NCBI GenBank assembly: GCA_965213625.1
Contig: CBDBZU010000004.1
Location: 3,520,001 to 3,584,000 of the forward strand
DNA: 64,000 nucleotides
Direction of reading: 5' to 3'
Origin: a bacterium
GTDB taxonomy: Bacteria; UBA8248
Shown: piece by piece, positions 57,971 through 64,000 of the stretch
Layout of the letters: each line of letters opens with the position of its first letter
How positions within the stretch are numbered: position 1 is the stretch's first letter
Translations under genes and position numbers: made by a program
Notes under the pieces: generated by a model
Databases searched by the model: none
Seen by the model: the letters and a program-made list of their open reading frames with translations, nothing else
Told to the model about the DNA's origin: nothing

Positions 57971-59194
57971 ATGGCGACGATCACGAGCAACATTGAAAAC
58001 GGCGACCCGAAACTCGGCGTCGAGGACGTCGACGTCGCTGGCAAGCGGGTCTTCCTGCGCGTCGATTTCAACGTGCCGCTCGACGACCAGGGGCACATCA
58101 CCGACGACGCCCGCATCCGGGCGGCCCTGCCCACCATCAACTATCTCCTCGATGAAGGCGCGCGGGTCGTGATCGGCTCCCACATCGGCCGGCCCAAGGG
58201 CAAAGTCGACCCGAGAAATTCATTCGCCCCGGTCGCAAAGCGCCTCTCCAGGCTTCTGGAAAAGGAATGCCCTCTGGCGACAACCTGCACGGGAGCGGAT
58301 ACCCGGAGCATGGCGGAGGAGATGAAGCCGGGCCAGGTTCTGCTTCTGGAGAATCTCCGGTTTCACCCGGGCGAGGAGAAAAACGACGAAAAATTCGCCC
58401 GCGAACTCGCCTCGCTGGCCGATATCTACATCGGCGATGCCTTCGGCAACGCCCACCGCAACCATGCCTCGATGTCGGCGATCACGAAATTCCTGAACCC
58501 CGCCGTCGCCGGCTTCCTGATGATTAAGGAGGTCAGCTACTTAAGCGGCGCGGTGAACAACCCGATGCGCCCGGTGGTGGCGATCGTCGGGGGCGCGAAG
58601 GCGAGCGCCAAAATCGGCATCGTCGAGCGCATCCTCCCCAAGATGGACAAGATCGTCATTGGGGGCGGCATGGCGGGCACCTTCCACCGCGCGCTGGGCT
58701 ATGAAATGGGAAACAGCCTGGTTGAGGAACACATGGTGGACACGGCGCGCTCAATCATCGACAAGGCGAAGGAGCTGGAGGTGAAGTTCTACCTCCCCTG
58801 CGACTACGTGATCGCGGACAAGTTCGAGGCCTCGGCGGAAACCAAGGTGGTGCCCGCGCAGGAAGTGCCGGAGGAGTGGTACGCGCTCGACATCGGACCG
58901 GCGAGCACCACCCTGTTCGGCGAGGTGCTCCAGGATGCGAAAACCATCATCTGGAACGGGCCGATGGGCGTGTTCGAGGTGGACGCCTTCTCGCGCGGCA
59001 CCTACGCCATGGTGAACCACGTGGCGAATTCCTATGCGCTGACGATAGTGGGCGGCGGCGATACGGACGTGGCCGTTCACGCGGCGGGCGAGTCGCGCCG
59101 CATCTCATACATCAGCACGGGCGGCGGCGCCTTCCTGGAACTGCTTGAGGGGAAAGAACTCCCTGGCCTGGCCTGCCTGACGGACAAACAATAA
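57971..59194 (+). CDS. pgk: Phosphoglycerate kinase
   Basis: RVDFNVPL, LLENLRF, WNGPMGVFE and ISTGGGA. Confidence 0.98.
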   Translation: MATITSNIENGDPKLGVEDVDVAGKRVFLRVDFNVPLDDQGHITDDARIRAALPTINYLLDEGARVVIGSHIGRPKGKVDPRNSFAPVAKRLSRLLEKECPLATTCTGADTRSMAEEMKPGQVLLLENLRFHPGEEKNDEKFARELASLADIYIGDAFGNAHRNHASMSAITKFLNPAVAGFLMIKEVSYLSGAVNNPMRPVVAIVGGAKASAKIGIVERILPKMDKIVIGGGMAGTFHRALGYEMGNSLVEEHMVDTARSIIDKAKELEVKFYLPCDYVIADKFEASAETKVVPAQEVPEEWYALDIGPASTTLFGEVLQDAKTIIWNGPMGVFEVDAFSRGTYAMVNHVANSYALTIVGGGDTDVAVHAAGESRRISYISTGGGAFLELLEGKELPGLACLTDKQ

Positions 59195-59224
59195 AACATC
59201 CCGAATAGAAAAGAGGACCTCACG

Positions 59225-60007
59225 ATGCGGCGCACCCTCGTGGCCGGCAACTGGAAGATGAACAAGACGATTGCAGAGGCGAGAACGCTCGCGCGCGAGG
59301 TGGCCGGAAGCGTCGCAGGGGATGGACTATCCGATGTGGAAGTCCTGCTGGGACCCCCCTATCTCGCCCTTTCGGCGGTCGTGGAAGCGGTCTCGGGGAG
59401 CGCCGTCGGCGTCGCCGGGCAGGACTGCGCCCACCAGGCCGATGGCGCATACACCGGCGAGGTGAGCGTCTCGATGCTCCGGGATGCGGGCGCGACCCAC
59501 GTCATCCTCGGGCACAGCGAAAGGCGCGAGTTGATGGGAGAAGGCGACGGCCTCGTTGCCCGCAAGGCGCAGGCGGCGAGCGCGGGCGGCCTCACCCCCA
59601 TCATCTGCCTCGGGGAGCCTTTTACGACGAGGCGGGCCGGAACGACGCTCACGCGCATCGCCCACCAGGTCGAGCACTCGATTCAGGGCGCGTTCGGCTC
59701 TCCACCTCCGGGGGGTTTCATCGTCGCGTATGAGCCCGTGTGGGCCATCGGCACGGGCCTCACGGCCACGCCCGAACAGGCCCAGGAGGCGCACGCCTTC
59801 ATCCGCGAGCGTCTGGAAGGAATTTTCGGCTTGGAATGCGCGCAGGAAACGCGTATCTTATACGGTGGCAGCGTGAAACCGGATAATGCCGCGAATTTGT
59901 TCGCACAACCCGACATCGACGGCGGCCTCATCGGCGGGGCGAGCCTGAACAGCGCAGACTTTTTGGAAATCATCCGCGCCGCGCGGATGGATTCCGCACT
60001 GACATGA
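59225..60007 (+). CDS. tpiA: Triosephosphate isomerase
   Basis: AGNWKMN, GHSERR, AYEPVWAIGTG, LYGGSV and GGASL. Confidence 0.98.
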   Translation: MRRTLVAGNWKMNKTIAEARTLAREVAGSVAGDGLSDVEVLLGPPYLALSAVVEAVSGSAVGVAGQDCAHQADGAYTGEVSVSMLRDAGATHVILGHSERRELMGEGDGLVARKAQAASAGGLTPIICLGEPFTTRRAGTTLTRIAHQVEHSIQGAFGSPPPGGFIVAYEPVWAIGTGLTATPEQAQEAHAFIRERLEGIFGLECAQETRILYGGSVKPDNAANLFAQPDIDGGLIGGASLNSADFLEIIRAARMDSALT

Positions 60008-60020
60008 GAAGAGTGAGAAA

Positions 60021-60329
60021 ATGACGATAGTTTTGACAGTCTTGCATGTGGCCGTGGCGCTTTGCCTGATCCTCTCCGTGCTTCTCCAGGCGGGCAAGGG
60101 CGGCGGTATGGGCGCCGCCTTCGGCGGTTCGAGCGACACGATGTTCGGCACGCGGGGGCCGGTGAACTTTCTGAGCAAAGTCACGACCGGCGCCGCCGTC
60201 CTGTTCATGGTGACATCGCTTATGCTCACCTACATCGGCTCGCATGGCGCCAACCAGGGCGGCTCGATTGTGCCTGCAGCGCCCGTGCAGTCCGCGCCTG
60301 CGACACCCGCCGCCCCGGAAAAGAAATAA
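60021..60329 (+). CDS. secG: Preprotein translocase subunit SecG
   Basis: VLLQAGKGGGMGAAFGG..FLSKVT; usual position after tpiA. Confidence 0.95.
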   Translation: MTIVLTVLHVAVALCLILSVLLQAGKGGGMGAAFGGSSDTMFGTRGPVNFLSKVTTGAAVLFMVTSLMLTYIGSHGANQGGSIVPAAPVQSAPATPAAPEKK

Positions 60330-60373
60330 GCCGCGAGAGCATTTCCACCGTTCGCGCGCGTTGAGGGCCGACG

Positions 60374-62452
60374 ATGCTGATAAAGCGCATCCTGCTGCTG
60401 CTTCCCATTCTCATCGCGGCCGCGTTGCTCCAGTCCTACTTCTGGGTGCCGACGTTCTCCGACCAGACCAAAGGCGGCAGCGACGAGCGCCTCCACCAGT
60501 TCATCACCGGCTCCATCGGCGACGCGCAGATTCTGAATCCCATTCTTCACGCCGACACGGCGAGCGGGGCCATCGTCGATCAGATATTTGAGGGCCTCAC
60601 CGACAGGGACCGCGACCTCTCCTACCGGGGCCGGCTGGCCGAATCGTGGAAAATCTATGAAGAGGCGTTCTTCGTGCCCCATCCCGAGGGGCCGGGCGCG
60701 AAGACTCTCGTAGAACGCATCGAGCGGGCGCGCAACGCAGGCGAGGCCGCGTGGCTTAAAAACATCGAAAAAATCGAAGCCATCGCTCCCGCCGAACAGA
60801 AAACAGCCATCCGCACCCCGCCGGCCAAGGGCGAGAAAAGACCCGGGAAAAAAGATATTCTAATCGCCTATCCCGAGCGGGTGAAGGTGACGCTCAAGAG
60901 CGTGGATCAGGACCTGTTCAAGCATCTGGAAAAATTGCTGGGCAAGGGCGGCCTCGCCAAAGACCCCGCTCCCTACGTCAAGACGACGCTGCCGGAGAAG
61001 CTGCTTCCTTTCGCCGCGCGGCGCGTCAAGCTCATAGAGCACAACCCGATCATCATCTTCAAGCTCAGGCAAGGCGTGCGCTTCCACGACGGTCACGAGT
61101 TCGACTCCGGCGACGTGCGCTTCACCTATAATGCGATCATCAATCCCCAGAATCTTTCCCCCAGGGTGCCCGATTACGAACCCGTCAAGCGCGTGGAGAC
61201 GCCCGACAGGTTCACCGTCAAGATCACCTACAAGCGCCTCTACTCCCCCGCTTTCGGTTCCTGGGGCATGGGGATGCTGCCCGAGCATCTGCTGAACGAG
61301 AAAAAACTCGCCGAAGAAGCGAAGCAAAAGGGGAAGGAACCCAAGGCGTTCAGCTTGCGCGACAGCGCGTTCAACCGGAAACCCGTCGGCACGGGCCCGT
61401 TCGCCTTCAAGGAATGGCGCTCGGACGAACTCATCCGCCTGGCCAGAAACGACGACTACTGGGAGGGGCCGCCCGAGTATCACGAATACGTCTACAGAAT
61501 ACTGCCGGACCCCCTCACGCAGGAGATCACATTCTACGCGGGCACGGTGGACCGCTACGGGGCGGGCGCGCACCAGGTCGAGCGGCTCAAAAAGGACCCC
61601 AGGTTCCAGGTGTTCTCGGGCCTGGGCTTCGGGTTCGCCTACATCGGCTACAACATGCGGCGCTGGCCGTTTCAGGACGCGCGCGTGCGCCGGGCGCTGG
61701 GCATGGCGGTGAACACCAAGCAGATCCACCGCTATGTGATGAACGGCGAGGCCGAGGACATCACGGGCCCGTTCGTGAAGCAAAGCCCGCACTACAACCG
61801 CAGCGTCAAACCCCTGGCCTACGACCCCAAAGGGGCGGAACGACTGCTGCACGAAGCGGGGTTCCGGAAAAAAGACGGAATCCTGATGAAAGACGGCAAG
61901 CCCCTCGCCTTCACCCTGATGACGAACCACGGCAACGAGATCAGGCGTGCCGTCGGCACCGTCGTCCAGGACGCCTGGAAGAAGATAGGCGTCAAGATCA
62001 CCTTCTCGCAAGTCGAATGGGCCGTGTTCATCCGAAAATACATCAACCAGCTCAATTTCGACGCGGTTGTCCTCGGCTGGAGCATGGGTCTCGACCCGGA
62101 CCTCTACCAGATCTGGCACTCGAGCCAGACGAACAAGGGCCAGCTCAACTTCGTGGGCTACAAGAACCCCAAGGCGGACGACCTCATCATCAAGATCCGC
62201 CAGGAATACGACCTGGCGAAACAGGTCAGCTACGCGCACGCGCTCCACCGCATCATCGCGGCAGATCAGCCCTACACGTTCTTGTACGTGAGCAAGTGGA
62301 CGGCGCTGCTCGACCGGAAAATCGCCATCGCCAGGCGTCTGAAGGGCGGCGCATTACGGCCGGAAAAAATCCGCCCCACCATCACGGGGAACTTTTCGTT
62401 CGACTTCAACGAATGGCTGAAATTTCCCCGCATCCCCCAGTTCGAGAACTAA
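60374..62452 (+). CDS. Peptide/nickel ABC transporter substrate-binding protein (family 5)
   Basis: LAESW, FKLRQGVRFHDG, PVGTGPF and RVRRAL. Confidence 0.92.
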   Translation: MLIKRILLLLPILIAAALLQSYFWVPTFSDQTKGGSDERLHQFITGSIGDAQILNPILHADTASGAIVDQIFEGLTDRDRDLSYRGRLAESWKIYEEAFFVPHPEGPGAKTLVERIERARNAGEAAWLKNIEKIEAIAPAEQKTAIRTPPAKGEKRPGKKDILIAYPERVKVTLKSVDQDLFKHLEKLLGKGGLAKDPAPYVKTTLPEKLLPFAARRVKLIEHNPIIIFKLRQGVRFHDGHEFDSGDVRFTYNAIINPQNLSPRVPDYEPVKRVETPDRFTVKITYKRLYSPAFGSWGMGMLPEHLLNEKKLAEEAKQKGKEPKAFSLRDSAFNRKPVGTGPFAFKEWRSDELIRLARNDDYWEGPPEYHEYVYRILPDPLTQEITFYAGTVDRYGAGAHQVERLKKDPRFQVFSGLGFGFAYIGYNMRRWPFQDARVRRALGMAVNTKQIHRYVMNGEAEDITGPFVKQSPHYNRSVKPLAYDPKGAERLLHEAGFRKKDGILMKDGKPLAFTLMTNHGNEIRRAVGTVVQDAWKKIGVKITFSQVEWAVFIRKYINQLNFDAVVLGWSMGLDPDLYQIWHSSQTNKGQLNFVGYKNPKADDLIIKIRQEYDLAKQVSYAHALHRIIAADQPYTFLYVSKWTALLDRKIAIARRLKGGALRPEKIRPTITGNFSFDFNEWLKFPRIPQFEN

Positions 62453-62453
62453 C

Positions 62454-63449
62454 GTGGGCGCCTACATCATCCGCACGACGCTGTTCAAGCTGGTGACGCT
62501 GTTCATCATCTCGATCGTGAGCTTCCTGATCATCCACCTCGCACCCGGCGAGCCGAGCCAGATCGACCCCCTGAACCCGCGCTTCACGCAGGAAGACCTC
62601 GCGCGCTACCGCGCGGCCTTCGACCTCGACAAGCCGCTTCCGGTCCAATACTGGCTCTTCTACAAGAAATTCTTCACAAACGAGCTCGCGAGCCTGAAGG
62701 ACAACCAGCCGGTGTTCGGAAAGATATGGCGGCGCTTCCTGATCAGCCTGCCCCTGTTCATCGTGGGCACCATCATCACCTGGTGCCTCTCGTTCCCGCT
62801 GGGAATCGCGGGCGCACTGCGCCGCTACAGCGTGTTCGACCGCTCCACCACCTTCATGAGCTATCTCATGATCTCGATGCCGAGCTTCTTTCTGGCCTAT
62901 ATCCTTATCATCGCCGTCGTCCAAGGGTTCACCCTGCCCTTCACCGACTACCACGTACCGGGTCTGGAAGTCTCCGTACTGGGCATCGAGACCTTCGGCC
63001 GGGGCGACGTCTCCCCCCTGTTCAGAATTAACGACCGCATCTGGCATCTGGTGCTGCCGAGCCTCGTGGGCGCAATCGGCGGCATCGCCGTGCTCTCACG
63101 CTACGTGCGCGGGCAGATGATAGAGGTGGTGGATTCGGACTTCATCCGCACGGCCCACTCGAAGGGCCTGGATGAGAACACCGTGAACTACGTCCACGCC
63201 TTGCGAAACGCAGGACTCCCCTTCGTCACCATGTTCGGCCTCATCCTGCCGGGGCTGATCGGCGGCTCGGTCATCATCGAGAACATCTTCGCATGGCCCG
63301 GCATGGGACGCCTGGGCTTCGAGGCCGTGCTGGCGCGTGATTATCCGGTGATATTAAGTCTTAACTTCATCTCCGCCATCCTGGTCGTCATCGGCACCTT
63401 TATCTCCGATATACTGCTCGTCATCGTCGACCCGAGGATTCGCCTGTGA
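62454..63449 (+). CDS. Peptide ABC transporter permease (OppB/DppB)
   Basis: FIRTAHSKGL, HALRNA, IENIFAWPGMG and DPRIR. Confidence 0.93.
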   Translation: MGAYIIRTTLFKLVTLFIISIVSFLIIHLAPGEPSQIDPLNPRFTQEDLARYRAAFDLDKPLPVQYWLFYKKFFTNELASLKDNQPVFGKIWRRFLISLPLFIVGTIITWCLSFPLGIAGALRRYSVFDRSTTFMSYLMISMPSFFLAYILIIAVVQGFTLPFTDYHVPGLEVSVLGIETFGRGDVSPLFRINDRIWHLVLPSLVGAIGGIAVLSRYVRGQMIEVVDSDFIRTAHSKGLDENTVNYVHALRNAGLPFVTMFGLILPGLIGGSVIIENIFAWPGMGRLGFEAVLARDYPVILSLNFISAILVVIGTFISDILLVIVDPRIRL

Positions 63450-64000
63450 ACGAAACCCTCGAAATGCGCGAGATGGTTGAGGAGATGGGGGAGGAACTCA
63501 CTCCCGGGCAGCGCGTATGGCGACACCTGCGGCGAAACCGCATGGCGATGGCGGGCGGCGTGGTGCTGGTGTTCTTCTTCGTCCTGGCGTCAATCGGCTT
63601 CGTCAATTCCGCCCTCATGAGCGAGCCGATGTTCGACGCCAACGTAGTGCGCCTGCCGGACAAGCTCATGGCCCCCCTCTCCGCTCCGACGACAAGCCAG
63701 ATACCCAAAGAAAACCTCCCGCGCCTCGGGATATACGTGTTCGGCACAGACGATCTGGGCCGCGACGTGTTCTCCAGAATGCTCGAGGGCACCTTCATCT
63801 CGATGTCGGTCGGCTTCGTGGCCATCGGCATCGCCACGTTCCTGGGAGTCGCGATAGGCGGAATCGCCGGCTTTTACGGAGAGATCAAGCCGAGCGGCGC
63901 ACCCCTGTTCGGCTTCATCGGGGCGGGCCTCACCGGCTACGCCGTGTGGAACGAGTTGGGTTTTCTGGCTTTGCTCTTCTGTGCGCTAGGAGGAGGCGCC
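63446..64000 (+). CDS. Peptide ABC transporter permease (OppC/DppC), runs off the window
   Basis: Manual translation from GTG 63446: WRHLRRNRMAMAG...FGTDDLGRDVFSRM...GGIAGFYG. Confidence 0.88.
   Translation, partial: MNETLEMREMVEEMGEELTPGQRVWRHLRRNRMAMAGGVVLVFFFVLASIGFVNSALMSEPMFDANVVRLPDKLMAPLSAPTTSQIPKENLPRLGIYVFGTDDLGRDVFSRMLEGTFISMSVGFVAIGIATFLGVAIGGIAGFYGEIKPSGAPLFGFIGAGLTGYAVWNELGFLALLFCALGGGA

Noticed and set aside
60330-60373. tRNA-Leu often found after secG
   Set aside because: Only 44 bp of intergenic sequence, with no tRNA structure.

Overview
GC-rich bacterial window with an accessory left half (about 1-28 kb) and a mostly housekeeping right half. The main feature is a 15.4-kb proteusin (NHLP-leader) RiPP cluster at 5685-21040. 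It encodes a precursor with core LCCCW, a fused E1-like/YcaO cyclodehydratase, a flavin-dependent Trp halogenase and the NHLM export trio. It also encodes three unusual tailoring proteins: an NHLP-leader/class II terpene-cyclase-like fusion, an AlkB/degenerate-GlnE fusion and a candidate prenyltransferase. The core and enzyme set match my recollection of the sponge-symbiont srp cluster family. Two inverted 1449-bp IS copies bracket the cluster like a composite transposon, and the right copy has a passenger-carrying IS1595 (with a Panacea antitoxin) inserted in its terminal repeat. Further right are a group II intron that appears to be decaying and two diverged, inverted copies of an unannotated ~240-nt structured non-coding element showing covarying base pairs. 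Then come two IS1182 copies inserted into REP/MITE hairpins, a small defence/TA island (tandem HNH nucleases, vapBC, hipBA, duplicated vapB), and core genes (aroA, tenA, tag, rimI, cvpA, pgi, hydantoinase A/B, gap-pgk-tpiA-secG, peptide ABC transporter). I found no rRNA, tRNA or CRISPR array. All calls come from reading motifs by eye and no database search was run. A marine sponge symbiont as host is inference only.
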